From a virus (Duplodnaviria; Caudoviricetes): a DNA stretch of 45,878 nt. Of the stretch, positions 15,365 through 24,871 are shown piece by piece. Where the stretch lies: the IMG/VR virus record IMGVR_UViG_3300046103_002528, positions 1 to 45,878 of that record; one strand, given 5' to 3'. How positions within the stretch are numbered: position 1 is the stretch's first letter; each line of letters starts with the position of its first letter. A program made the position numbers and the translations under genes. The notes below the pieces were generated by a model. The model was not told the DNA's origin and ran no database searches. It saw only the letters and a list, made by a program, of their open reading frames with translations.

Positions 15365-15750
15365 TTTGCACAATGGTGAAACCGTTAAATAATGATAACT
15401 ATCTTTTGTTTGCTATGAAGCATTATGAAAATCCTCAGTGCGAAAACATTGATGAATTTCACGATGATTTGAATCGAACAAAATACTTAAAGAGACTATT
15501 TAAAAAGTACGAGAATAATAAGATACTAAAAGAAAGATTAATACTCAATCATATTATAATATTTAATAATGTATTCGGAGTGGAAAATTCGGCAAGAATA
15601 TTATTCTTTAAACTTGAAGAGGATTATCATTCCTTATTGAAGACATTTTTAGTGTATCTAAATTGTCTTCCAGAAATAGAAATACCAGAAGCGGATTTGA
15701 TTGCAATTCCACTTCACAGAGAAGCAATGAATGTACTGAGGGAAATTTAA
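15361..15750 (+). CDS. Conserved T4-like phage protein (FAMKHYENPQC family)
   Basis: LNNDNYLLFAMKHYENPQC...LKERLILNHII...NVFG signature of marine T4-like phages. Confidence 0.85.
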   Translation: MICTMVKPLNNDNYLLFAMKHYENPQCENIDEFHDDLNRTKYLKRLFKKYENNKILKERLILNHIIIFNNVFGVENSARILFFKLEEDYHSLLKTFLVYLNCLPEIEIPEADLIAIPLHREAMNVLREI

Positions 15751-16304
15751 TGGGTTTAGGATTAGTTGACACATACTTGGCTTACAAGTTTATTAAAATG
15801 CTTGCGACTCCGTGGAAGAAAATGGAGGCGTATAAGTTAGGTATTATTGATGAAAAGGGTAAGCGTATTCGTTCAGAGAAGGCAGATGATGCCGCTCGGA
15901 ATGCAGGTAAGAAATATACCAACATTCATAAGGTCATTATCAATATCAAACGACTTGTTAGTTTAGTACCAGGCGGAAAGTCTCGACTTGGTGGAGCCGC
16001 TGCCGCTATTTGGTTGCTGAGAGAAGAAGCAAAAGAGATGGGTGTGGAGAATGAAAATCTCATTGAAGAAACATTCTTGGAGTGGTTGAAGGATAACGAT
16101 TCAGAACTTGATGATGGAATGAATGAATCATTTGGTAAAGTTAATCTAGTCGTAACAAAAGGCGACTATATTCTAAACGGGGAAAAGGTTACAGTCAAAG
16201 AAAACACAGAATCATTCGACTCCATTCTTGGAGTACCTCTCTTCAGAGTAAACGATACAGTGTGTTCTTGGTATGACTTGGAGAAGAACTATGAAAAAGT
16301 TTGA
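15750..16304 (+). CDS. Conserved T4-like phage protein (AYKLGIIDEKG family)
   Basis: DTYLAYKFIKMLATPW...AYKLGIIDEKG; TAATG coupling gives the start at 15750. Confidence 0.8.
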   Translation: MGLGLVDTYLAYKFIKMLATPWKKMEAYKLGIIDEKGKRIRSEKADDAARNAGKKYTNIHKVIINIKRLVSLVPGGKSRLGGAAAAIWLLREEAKEMGVENENLIEETFLEWLKDNDSELDDGMNESFGKVNLVVTKGDYILNGEKVTVKENTESFDSILGVPLFRVNDTVCSWYDLEKNYEKV

Positions 16305-16902
16305 TGAATTTATCACAGAAGGTCCTCTACTTGGCAAAACTGTTCATATGGGAACCCGAACAGGACGAATCGTCCAAACAATTAAAATTGGCAGCACAAG
16401 TAGATACGATGACACATATCTCGTAAAGTTTCAAGACGGAACGAAGATTGAAATGCACGATATTCAGATTCGACCATTCCTAGAAGATAACGGTGCGGGC
16501 GAAGAGGGAACGGATGAACTTGATGATAAGTATCGTGAAGATACCCCAGGCGAAGACGAACAATCAGACTTAGGTGAAACCGCGCCAACAAATTCAATTG
16601 GTGGTGGAATGTCACCACACTTTGGTGGAGAAGGCGAAGTCCAAGGGACAGACGGTGGTTTAACTGCCGATACAGAACAACAGGATGAACAGTTTGCGGG
16701 TGTTGAGGTTTTCGACCTTTCTCCCGATGAGTATCAGCAGTGTGTAAACGGTCGTGACAAATACGAAAGATGGTCCAGAAAATTGAATATGGAAGATGGC
16801 AGTAATCAGACCATCAGAAGATATTCACACAAAAATCCAGATAAGGATATCATTGTTCGAGATTCAAGAACGGGAATGATGGCTTACCTGAAAAGGAAGT
16901 AA
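16291..16902 (+). CDS. Putative internal head protein
   Basis: GGAG RBS; MKKFDEFITEG leader; GAGEEGT..L...Y..DTPG and ETAPTNS motifs. Confidence 0.75.
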   Translation: MKKFDEFITEGPLLGKTVHMGTRTGRIVQTIKIGSTSRYDDTYLVKFQDGTKIEMHDIQIRPFLEDNGAGEEGTDELDDKYREDTPGEDEQSDLGETAPTNSIGGGMSPHFGGEGEVQGTDGGLTADTEQQDEQFAGVEVFDLSPDEYQQCVNGRDKYERWSRKLNMEDGSNQTIRRYSHKNPDKDIIVRDSRTGMMAYLKRK

Positions 16903-16903
16903 T

Positions 16904-17809
16904 ATGAAAAATTTAGTTATGGCTTTTGTTGTGCTTACCTTAATTGGTTGTGAAGCGATTCAGGAAATCAATCGTCCAGATAATACAGCCTCCACTGTTG
17001 TTGACAGTGTACGAGAACAGAAAGAACAGACAGAAGAGATTACAGACTCGACAGAAGCGATAGCAGGGACGCTAGAGAGCATCGACAGGGAAGCAGAGTC
17101 CATCCTCAACGACATCGCTCTGGTTCCAGAGGACAGAAACTACAACATCGACCCGACCCTCGACAGCATCGAGGGTTCCGCAGAAGCCATCAAAGAGCGG
17201 GTGGACGAGGCGGAGAAAGAACAGATTCGAATCGAAGAGGCTTTAGAGGACTTGGAGTCGGCAAACGCAAGGGTGTCTGCCGCCGTGGGTCAGATAGAAG
17301 ACCTAGAAGATTTGGTCAAAGATTACGAACAGTCCGATAGAGAAGTTCGGAAAGAAGCACTCGCAAACCTACACAGTTTCATTACTCTATTCTTTGTAAT
17401 AGGGTTCGGTATGCTCATTGGTGGCGCCTTTCTTACCTTCTGGGTAAGTGGTAAACTTGGTGGTGCTGTATTGGCGATTGGTGTATTAACAGTTGGTTTT
17501 GCTTCTGCATCACAATACTATCTTGAAGAGATTGCAACGATTGGTCTTGTAGTTTTAATTGTAGGATTCTTTGCGGCACTTGGAGTTGTTGGATGGATGC
17601 TTCTTGACGGTAAGAACGATAAGAAAGCAATTGCTGAAATCGTAGAACTCATCGAAGAAACGAAAGACCATCTTACTCCAGAAGAGAGAAAAGAAATCTT
17701 TGGTCGTGACGGGTTCGCTTCACATATGACAAGTGATTTGACCAAGAAGATTATTGCTCAAGTTAAAATTAAGAACGGATTTAAGAATCTTAGTCGAAAT
17801 AACAAATAA
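16904..17809 (+). CDS. Lipoprotein with long coiled coil and ~3 TM helices
   Basis: Lipobox LIGC, acidic coiled coil, then hydrophobic segments. Confidence 0.8.
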   Translation: MKNLVMAFVVLTLIGCEAIQEINRPDNTASTVVDSVREQKEQTEEITDSTEAIAGTLESIDREAESILNDIALVPEDRNYNIDPTLDSIEGSAEAIKERVDEAEKEQIRIEEALEDLESANARVSAAVGQIEDLEDLVKDYEQSDREVRKEALANLHSFITLFFVIGFGMLIGGAFLTFWVSGKLGGAVLAIGVLTVGFASASQYYLEEIATIGLVVLIVGFFAALGVVGWMLLDGKNDKKAIAEIVELIEETKDHLTPEERKEIFGRDGFASHMTSDLTKKIIAQVKIKNGFKNLSRNNK

Positions 17810-17885
17810 TCAATATAAATAATTATGCCTTGTGCTTTTTAAGGTCTTTGCGAGAACTTTAACATCTTAAATAAGGAGAATACCC

Positions 17886-19712
17886 ATGAATGCTATTCTT
17901 CTCGCCTTCGTTATGCTGTTCGTTCAAGACTACTCTCCCCAGACAGAACCCCCGATTGCCTATCTTGATGTTGTACCACAACAAGATGTGTCGGGTATTT
18001 TTAATATGGGAGCAGTCGCATATCACCTAGAGGGTGTAGACCGTGTTGAATACACGATACACCGTGAAGGATTTGTTGGTGATTGGAACAGGGATGGAAT
18101 TACAGATGGAGATGACCTTGCTGTACTGCTTCAGCGTTGGGGTCAAGGAGTAAATGGAAAAGAATTAAGCAGAATACTTGGTGCGTGGGGACAATCCGTC
18201 CCACACACGCCACAGAAAGTAACTCGTTATGGGGATGCCGGTGGATTCAGTCACAACCGATTGAACCCGCGAACTGGTCAAGAAGAGTATTGGTTTGCCC
18301 TTGATACTCGTTCTCATCCAGACACGAAGATTACTGTAACAGCAGAAGTCTTTCCTATTGACGGTCCTAGTGTTGTACTAGACCAAGATGTTGAAGAGGT
18401 TTCTGCCGAAGGAAGTTATAATATCAGACCACAGTACAGTGGTGTGAATCTATTTTCAAACAACAGTGGATATTGGTCAGTATCAGAGAGGTATGTATCA
18501 CCGAATGGTTCTGATGAAACTGGCGACGGTACAATTGAAAACCCATACATTAGCATCAATCGTGCTGTTCGTCATAATACAGAGTATGATGAAGGATATG
18601 ATGTTGGTGGTGTGGTTGTTTATCTTATGGAAGGTGAACATATCTTCGGTCAAAGTTGTGCGTTCCCCGATTGTAAGTGGACGAATCCCGATGGTAGATT
18701 TGTTACCATCACACCTGCTCCTGACGTAAATCCAGAAGATGCTAAGATTGTATCGGGTGGTATTGGTCTTGGTAATGAATTTGTACACTTCAAGAATGTG
18801 GTTGTCGAATCCAGCGAATCGAACTTATTAAGTTCCAACGGCCGTTCCATTAGATGGTACGACAATTGTATTCTTAGGGGAATACAAGAAGAGTGGTGGA
18901 ATGGTAACTACTATAAACTAGGACAACCCTCCACTGGACTCCAATATTATACTGACACCACACAGAAATATATGGCAGAGGGTATGTCAGGTATTCTAAT
19001 GAGAAACATACACTTGGATTATATTCAATGTGATATGCTTGAGATGCACTGGATTCAGATGGCACTTAATGTCCTTATGACAAACCATAATGTAAACATA
19101 GGTTTGGAAACTGCGTGTCATACCGATTACATTCAGGTGAATGGTGGGTTCCCTTACATCCACCAGAACATTATCTTCCGAGACATCTATGGTAATCATT
19201 CTTGTCGAGAGCAAGGCGTACACGCCTGCCCAGGCCAGAGTGAAAAGCATAATGTTGCGTGGGTGAATGTAGAACTTTCAAACACTGGTGGTAATGGTGT
19301 AGAAGAGTGTAACATTCCTGCCGTTATCTTTAGGTGGTGTGGCCCTGCACGAAACAATCTCTTCAAGGATTGTATGTTCAACGGTAGACCAGATGGCCGC
19401 TCCCACGCAGTGGTTAGTTACGACCGTTTCAACGAAGACGGTACTCCTAATACAGGAGGTCCGTGGACATTAGGACACGATGGTGTAAGTCAACGATTCA
19501 TCAATGTCAAGTTCGAGGATTGTTGGAGCAACTGGGAAAGAACCGAACCATTGTTCTTAAACCCAGATGCAGGTGAACCGTGGGTGTTCTACGGTTCAGA
19601 TGAATTGATGTTTGACTGGGATACACGGGATGACATTCAACCCAACCCGTTTGGTCCTGATGAACCTTGGTTGAGTCCTATCACAAATATTCTTTACACA
19701 CAAACGGAGTAG
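17886..19712 (+). CDS. Secreted protein with dockerin-like motif and DUF1565/right-handed beta-helix domain
   Basis: Signal peptide; GDWNRDGITDGDDLAVLLQRWG; YVSPNGSDETGDGTIENPY; HTDYIQ; TATAAATA at 17814-17821 upstream. Confidence 0.75.
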   Translation: MNAILLAFVMLFVQDYSPQTEPPIAYLDVVPQQDVSGIFNMGAVAYHLEGVDRVEYTIHREGFVGDWNRDGITDGDDLAVLLQRWGQGVNGKELSRILGAWGQSVPHTPQKVTRYGDAGGFSHNRLNPRTGQEEYWFALDTRSHPDTKITVTAEVFPIDGPSVVLDQDVEEVSAEGSYNIRPQYSGVNLFSNNSGYWSVSERYVSPNGSDETGDGTIENPYISINRAVRHNTEYDEGYDVGGVVVYLMEGEHIFGQSCAFPDCKWTNPDGRFVTITPAPDVNPEDAKIVSGGIGLGNEFVHFKNVVVESSESNLLSSNGRSIRWYDNCILRGIQEEWWNGNYYKLGQPSTGLQYYTDTTQKYMAEGMSGILMRNIHLDYIQCDMLEMHWIQMALNVLMTNHNVNIGLETACHTDYIQVNGGFPYIHQNIIFRDIYGNHSCREQGVHACPGQSEKHNVAWVNVELSNTGGNGVEECNIPAVIFRWCGPARNNLFKDCMFNGRPDGRSHAVVSYDRFNEDGTPNTGGPWTLGHDGVSQRFINVKFEDCWSNWERTEPLFLNPDAGEPWVFYGSDELMFDWDTRDDIQPNPFGPDEPWLSPITNILYTQTE

Positions 19713-20123
19713 TTAAGAAAACCAACGACTCATTATATTTGAGTTGTAATATTCTCTGTTACCATCTTCTAACAGAGCGGTGAGTACATCGTTTTTGATT
19801 TGGTACTCTACTTCGGAGAAGGTAAGTTCACCTTTGGTCTTGCATAATTTCAGGACTTCAAAGGTGAACTTTTCTTTCCCCAGTTCTTTTATTTCTTTGT
19901 TGAGGCCTTCACAAGAACCCGTGTATTCTCGCCACTTTGATTCGCTGACTACTCGTTTTCGGTTTTTTCTTCCTGCGACTTTCTTTCTTCGATAGGAATG
20001 GATTTGCTTTTTTCCGATGTACTTTCTTCCTGTGGCTTCACGAGTAATTCGATAGACAAAACCAAACCAATCGTCAGGGTTGAAGTCATCAGGTAAATTA
20101 TTCCAGTGTCCATACTTATCCAT
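19713..20123 (-). CDS. GIY-YIG endonuclease (T4 EndoII/DenA-like)
   Basis: GFVYRIT...YIGKK...W..YTGS...E...YYN; likely start MDKYGHW. Confidence 0.85.
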   Translation of the reverse strand: MDKYGHWNNLPDDFNPDDWFGFVYRITREATGRKYIGKKQIHSYRRKKVAGRKNRKRVVSESKWREYTGSCEGLNKEIKELGKEKFTFEVLKLCKTKGELTFSEVEYQIKNDVLTALLEDGNREYYNSNIMSRWFS

Positions 20124-20298
20124 ATCATATTTATCTACTTTTCTATTTCGTCTGGAAAGAAGTAAATCAACGCACATATGAGGAATACACATATATCTTC
20201 CATATTATGTCACCGATAATAGATTACTGATTAACACTCCAATAATAAAACCAGCGATGCTGACTCCCATACCAATGGGAGTAAATAGTAACTGAATT

Positions 20299-21087
20299 CT
20301 AACGTCTAGCCATTCCTTCATTGTGAATTTCCTCTTTAATCCAATCCAAGTAGTTGGCGATAATTGTAGCAGAACATTCTGTTATTACCACCTCGCCTTT
20401 AAATATCGTAACCATAACGAAATGACTGATAATCCCTACCACATATTCCTTTCCTTGGAACTTGGCAAACACACCCCCACCACTATCTCCTGGCATAATT
20501 GATGCAGGTCTTGGTATAAATTTCATATAGGTTGGGTCATCTATTATAACACCGAAATATCGAAATACGCCTGGTTTGCTGTACTTCTTATAATACATCG
20601 AATGACCGACCGTTGTAATGTCTTGATATCTTTCCATCCATTCTACACATCCCATTTTTGCGGGTTCGTGTGATGAATCACATTCAAGAAATATTAATCC
20701 TATATCGTGACTTACCCGCCCAAATGTATGGCTGTAACTGGGATGTATAACCATATCTTTGACTAGTATCTCTTCTTCGCCTAGGACAACGGAAAAAATA
20801 TTATCATCGTCGATACAGTGACCAGCAGTCAGAACCACATTTGGACGGATAAGGATTCCACTTCCCAGTAGACTACCATCCTCTAAATGCAAACTGCATA
20901 TAGATGGATATGGGTCTTCTTCTACTGTTGTTCGGACAAACCACTCATCCATAGGATTAATGAGTGTCGATAAATCAACAATAGATTCTTTTGGTTGTGT
21001 TTTGGGGGTAGAGGTAGATGTAGTTGCAGTGCAACTTGCTAAACATAATATGGTTGCTAAGAAATATGCGATTTTTACTACTCTCAT
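20299..21087 (-). CDS. Trypsin-like serine protease, lipoprotein
   Basis: Lipobox LASC; LTAGHC, HDIG and GDSGG triad motifs. Confidence 0.9.
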   Translation of the reverse strand: MRVVKIAYFLATILCLASCTATTSTSTPKTQPKESIVDLSTLINPMDEWFVRTTVEEDPYPSICSLHLEDGSLLGSGILIRPNVVLTAGHCIDDDNIFSVVLGEEEILVKDMVIHPSYSHTFGRVSHDIGLIFLECDSSHEPAKMGCVEWMERYQDITTVGHSMYYKKYSKPGVFRYFGVIIDDPTYMKFIPRPASIMPGDSGGGVFAKFQGKEYVVGIISHFVMVTIFKGEVVITECSATIIANYLDWIKEEIHNEGMARR

Positions 21088-21238
21088 ACCATAAAGTATT
21101 TATAAGAGAAGTGGCTGATATTTGCAATAAAAATAAAGTATTAGCCATTTTAGATAATACCTATATACAATGTACCGTTTACATAATTCATTGAATGAAA
21201 ATTAATAGCGGGCATCAACCATTCATCGGGAGAGAAAA

Positions 21239-22930
21239 ATGGGACAAATTTACTATTGGAAAGGCCAAGACGGACTGACACAAACATCTGTCAATACGTC
21301 ACAACTTGGACTTAACCACAACGATAGATATTTTATTGGGACACAGAACAACTGGAATGTCGCATCCAACTGGGCGATAGATTCGGGGCAATCGGGTGGC
21401 TACAACGGCGATTATGACCAAGGCGGCGAAAGCGGCGGGGGTCAAGGTAACCCAGCAAACAACTTCATTACTCCACCCACTTGGCCAAAAGCAGGAGACA
21501 CTGTAATTTTCGATAAAATCGAAAATGCATTCATAGACGGAGCGTCTGGAATGTCTGGTGCAGTTTGGCCATACACAGAATGTCTTTATGGTGGAACAAC
21601 TGGCGACTGGAAATGGTATGATGGTAGTAGTACCGCAGGTAAGTTAGAAAAACTCACAATCGGAGAAGGATACGAAGAAGTATTGTTTGCAAAGGACCGT
21701 TCGAACGGTGCTTTCTCTTCTCGGTACGGAACTGGTGCCAGACTTGGTATCAATATGGTAAACGGACAGGTTTCGACTTGGGGTGCTTCTGGTCCGAACG
21801 AAGGTCTTGGACTTTGGGTTGCAGAATTTATTGACAACGCTCCCTGCCTCCGCGATGCCATTCATTCGAATGTCTTCGACCTTTATGACTGGGCAAGAAG
21901 CAGAGATTTTAGTACTTGGACCAGAATCGATAGTATGTATATTAATGGTGCAGGTAACTATAACTTCTACCAAGACGAACTGAAGAGAGGTTGTACGCTT
22001 GGGTATGTATATCTGAATAGAGATGTTGATTGGTCTTCCTTTGGTAACTTCCACAAAGACCGGGCGACATTTACGATGTGGGGTGATACACACCAATACA
22101 GTATTACTGGTCTGTTCAAAGATACTTGCACTAAACTTACTCAAACTAGTATTACATCAAGAACGACTCTTCCTACTCTAATTGTAGGTTCAGAAGAACG
22201 GGAGAGTAAGTATGGGCAGTCACCATTGAATGTTGCATGCCACGTTGGTACGGCAAAAATATATCCATCAAATTCCGATGGCTGTAGTTCTGGGAATTTT
22301 TGTCCTGCAACAGGCTGGGTAAATGGACACCCCCACGAAGAAGGAGCCATTCGAGCAATCAATGGTCTAAATGCTGTTCGATTTACTGCCATCCGTGATG
22401 GTGTAAGTGGTGCATCAGGGCCTGGAATCAGTTCCATTAATGGAATTTCTCTTGGAAATGTCTATATGTACGACGAAAACCCATTCTACCCGAATGCAGG
22501 TATAGCGGCGAATGGAACTGGTGCAACGAACAAGAATTATAACAATGTTCTCATAGATATGGCAGATGTTCCAGCCAACGCAGGTGCTACCATTGCACAA
22601 CTCTTTGGTTACTCTGGATACCTATATCCGAACTGCGAAGGTCTGACTTCTGATGTTCCATATCGAATTATGACTGGTGAAATCACCAACAAGTTTATCG
22701 TTCAGGGATTTGATTACATAAACGGACCTTGGACTGGTTTCGAAATTGCTGGACACACCTTGGGTATCGCAGGTGCAAATAATGGTTTGGTGCAACTCAA
22801 TAATGATTGCGACATCAGACTTGTACTGGGTGCGAGAGTATCCACTACCACCAGCCAGGCTGACCAGAATGCATTCATTCAGTCTACTGCGGCTCTCTTT
22901 AATCAACAGCCAACTGGCAAGGGTGGTTGA
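21239..22930 (+). CDS. Large Gly/Asn/Thr-rich protein, probably virion or adhesin-like
   Basis: YYWKG...NWNVASNW...P.AGDTVIF N-terminal pattern; beta-rich composition. Confidence 0.7.
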   Translation: MGQIYYWKGQDGLTQTSVNTSQLGLNHNDRYFIGTQNNWNVASNWAIDSGQSGGYNGDYDQGGESGGGQGNPANNFITPPTWPKAGDTVIFDKIENAFIDGASGMSGAVWPYTECLYGGTTGDWKWYDGSSTAGKLEKLTIGEGYEEVLFAKDRSNGAFSSRYGTGARLGINMVNGQVSTWGASGPNEGLGLWVAEFIDNAPCLRDAIHSNVFDLYDWARSRDFSTWTRIDSMYINGAGNYNFYQDELKRGCTLGYVYLNRDVDWSSFGNFHKDRATFTMWGDTHQYSITGLFKDTCTKLTQTSITSRTTLPTLIVGSEERESKYGQSPLNVACHVGTAKIYPSNSDGCSSGNFCPATGWVNGHPHEEGAIRAINGLNAVRFTAIRDGVSGASGPGISSINGISLGNVYMYDENPFYPNAGIAANGTGATNKNYNNVLIDMADVPANAGATIAQLFGYSGYLYPNCEGLTSDVPYRIMTGEITNKFIVQGFDYINGPWTGFEIAGHTLGIAGANNGLVQLNNDCDIRLVLGARVSTTTSQADQNAFIQSTAALFNQQPTGKGG

Positions 22931-22954
22931 TTGGATAGAGAAAACTATAAACAT

Positions 22955-22989
22955 AAAGAAAGCCCCCTTTTCGGAGGGGGCTTTTTTTA
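22955..22989. terminator. Bidirectional intrinsic terminator
   Basis: AAAGCCCCCTT-TTCG-GAGGGGGCTTT followed by Ts, between convergent genes. Confidence 0.9.
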
Positions 22990-23008
22990 TTGAAATGTTT
23001 TTTAAAAT

Positions 23009-23545
23009 TTAGATGTCTAGAACTTTATTGAAGTGAGCAAGTTCTTCTGCTGTAAATTCAACAGATTCTTTCTTCTCGCCCGTCCAGTTCTTCTCGATGT
23101 AGTTAAAGAATTCCTTCTTGTCCTCATCGCTCTTGAAATCTTCAGGTGATTCTACACCAAACTTCTTGAGTGCGGCTTGGAAGAATTCATCGTAATCTGC
23201 TGGCTCTTCTTCGTCTTCGTAAGTTTCTTCTACTTCTTCCTCTTCCTCTTCTTCGGAAGTGGCTTCTGTTTGACTAGGTGGTGCTTGGATATCCTCTGAA
23301 GGTACACCTGTTCCAGCGGCAGGGTCACCGATAATCATTTCGTGAGCGCCAGCAGTGATAGTAGTTCCGTCTTCTAGTTCTACTTCATATACTTCACCAG
23401 TAGCATTATCACCAACTTCTTTGGTTACGGTGCCTGTGGTTGTCCCAATAACGACAATCTTGCCAATCATATGAGATTCGTTAATTTCTTCTTCTTGGGG
23501 CAATCTTTGAATTCTTGATGCCCAGATTCTATTCTGTAGTGTCAT
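23009..23545 (-). CDS. Acidic putative prohead-core/internal protein
   Basis: Glu-rich; C-terminal Y..FF..ALKKFGV.SP.....E.KK.FFNYI..NW motif; minus-strand TATACATA at 23581-23588. Confidence 0.75.
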   Translation of the reverse strand: MTLQNRIWASRIQRLPQEEEINESHMIGKIVVIGTTTGTVTKEVGDNATGEVYEVELEDGTTITAGAHEMIIGDPAAGTGVPSEDIQAPPSQTEATSEEEEEEEVEETYEDEEEPADYDEFFQAALKKFGVESPEDFKSDEDKKEFFNYIEKNWTGEKKESVEFTAEELAHFNKVLDI

Positions 23546-23587
23546 TTTTAAACTCCCTTAAATTGAGTGATTCTTTACTATATGTAT

Positions 23588-23620
23588 AAAAAACAACCCC
23601 CCGCATAACGGGAGGTTGTT
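23588..23620 (-). terminator. Intrinsic terminator after the porin gene
   Basis: AACAACCCCCCG/CGGGAGGTTGTT stem with an adjoining A-run (U-tract on the minus strand). Confidence 0.75.
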
Positions 23621-23647
23621 CTATGAATCGAGATATTACTCTCGTTA

Positions 23648-24802
23648 TCAGAAAGAAATCTGAATTTGGGTGCGTAAAACGTACTCACCAGAGTCGCCGG
23701 CTCTAAAGCCAGTATCTCCCAAGTCCCAAGCACCATTAATACCGTTAAGTGCATAACTTAAATCAGTTGTCCACTTGATATTATCGTTGATGAAGTAATT
23801 TCCACCAACTGTAAAGGTACTGAGATTCTCAGTAACTCCTTCGAGTTCGCCATATTCGAATGCAACGAAACCTTGGAAGTTTTCCATACACATATATCCT
23901 GCTTGAACAGTCGTACCCCAGTTGTCGCCAGCGTCACCGCTAGTTGCAACATAAGCCGCTGTCAAGTCAAGACCACCTGCTGATACCAAAGTATCAAGAG
24001 TCCAAGTGGTGTAATCGGTGTTAACCAAATCATTATATGAAATGGCTGCTCCAACATTCCACCAACTGGTAACATCGACACCAAAACGAGCAGTCAATGC
24101 TGAACCGTTTTGAACGCCTGCACCATTAGCAGTATTGAAACCATCAGTATATGCACCAGTAAAATCTAGCATACCGAAGTCACGACTATACTGAACACCC
24201 TGCGAACGACCTTGCCCAAAGTTATTGGCAATGATTGAACGGTCAGTCATAAGGGTATCCTGTTGTGCAACAAGAACCTCACGCATAAAGGGTGCTTTGA
24301 ACTGTCCTGCACGGAAAGTTCCACTGAAAAGGCTTCCTTGCACATACGCATCCTTTAGGTCGAATGTGTTTGTGTCGTCGCCCCATTGTCCGCTAACCTT
24401 ATACTCCCAGTCATATAAATCACCTGAAAGGATAAGACGGGCACGAGGAATGCTGAAACCACGATTGACTTCAAGACCACCACCGCCGCTATAGGTATAG
24501 CGAGTTTGTGCGAATCCGTGCAAATTAACAGTTACAGGAGAATTGCTTCCCTGAAACGATGCACGGTTGTCTGCATCAGCGAGAACATTGTGAACAAGTT
24601 GGCGAGTCGCTTCGGCTCGTTCGTCATTCATCCATTTATCGCTATCCGATGTAGATAGTTCGGCAATCCTTGCCTCTGCGGAATCTAGTCTCACCTTAAG
24701 GTCTTCATACGAAGGACCGTCGGCGAGAGCGGGAGCGACGAAAGTCGCCGTTACGATAGCGGCAATAATGCCACCATAAATTGTCATTTTCTTCTTACTC
24801 AT
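23648..24802 (-). CDS. Outer-membrane porin (OprO/OprP-like, planctomycete-type N-terminus)
   Basis: Signal peptide, short coiled coil, W..DERA...R.LV..VLADA..RAS; F.IPRARL..SG; LKDAY; GQFKAPF; C-terminal RTQIQISF beta-signal. Confidence 0.85.
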   Translation of the reverse strand: MSKKKMTIYGGIIAAIVTATFVAPALADGPSYEDLKVRLDSAEARIAELSTSDSDKWMNDERAEATRQLVHNVLADADNRASFQGSNSPVTVNLHGFAQTRYTYSGGGGLEVNRGFSIPRARLILSGDLYDWEYKVSGQWGDDTNTFDLKDAYVQGSLFSGTFRAGQFKAPFMREVLVAQQDTLMTDRSIIANNFGQGRSQGVQYSRDFGMLDFTGAYTDGFNTANGAGVQNGSALTARFGVDVTSWWNVGAAISYNDLVNTDYTTWTLDTLVSAGGLDLTAAYVATSGDAGDNWGTTVQAGYMCMENFQGFVAFEYGELEGVTENLSTFTVGGNYFINDNIKWTTDLSYALNGINGAWDLGDTGFRAGDSGEYVLRTQIQISF

Positions 24803-24871
24803 AGTAATCTCCTTAAATCATAAAAAGATAGAGAAGGCAAAAATACCTTCTCTAGTTAGTTCGAGTTTGAA

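Noticed and set aside
19713-20123. Mobile homing endonuclease
   Set aside because: Catalytic domain only, with no NUMOD/HTH DNA-binding tail and not inside an intron; it fits the conserved EndoII-like host-DNA nuclease better
20136-20321. Two tiny hydrophobic minus-strand ORFs (38 aa at 20205-20321 and ~22 aa below it)
   Set aside because: Plausible gap fillers, but too short and without motif support to call
23200-23260. TTC/TCT-rich tandem-like tract
   Set aside because: It simply encodes the poly-Glu stretch of the acidic protein and is not an independent repeat element
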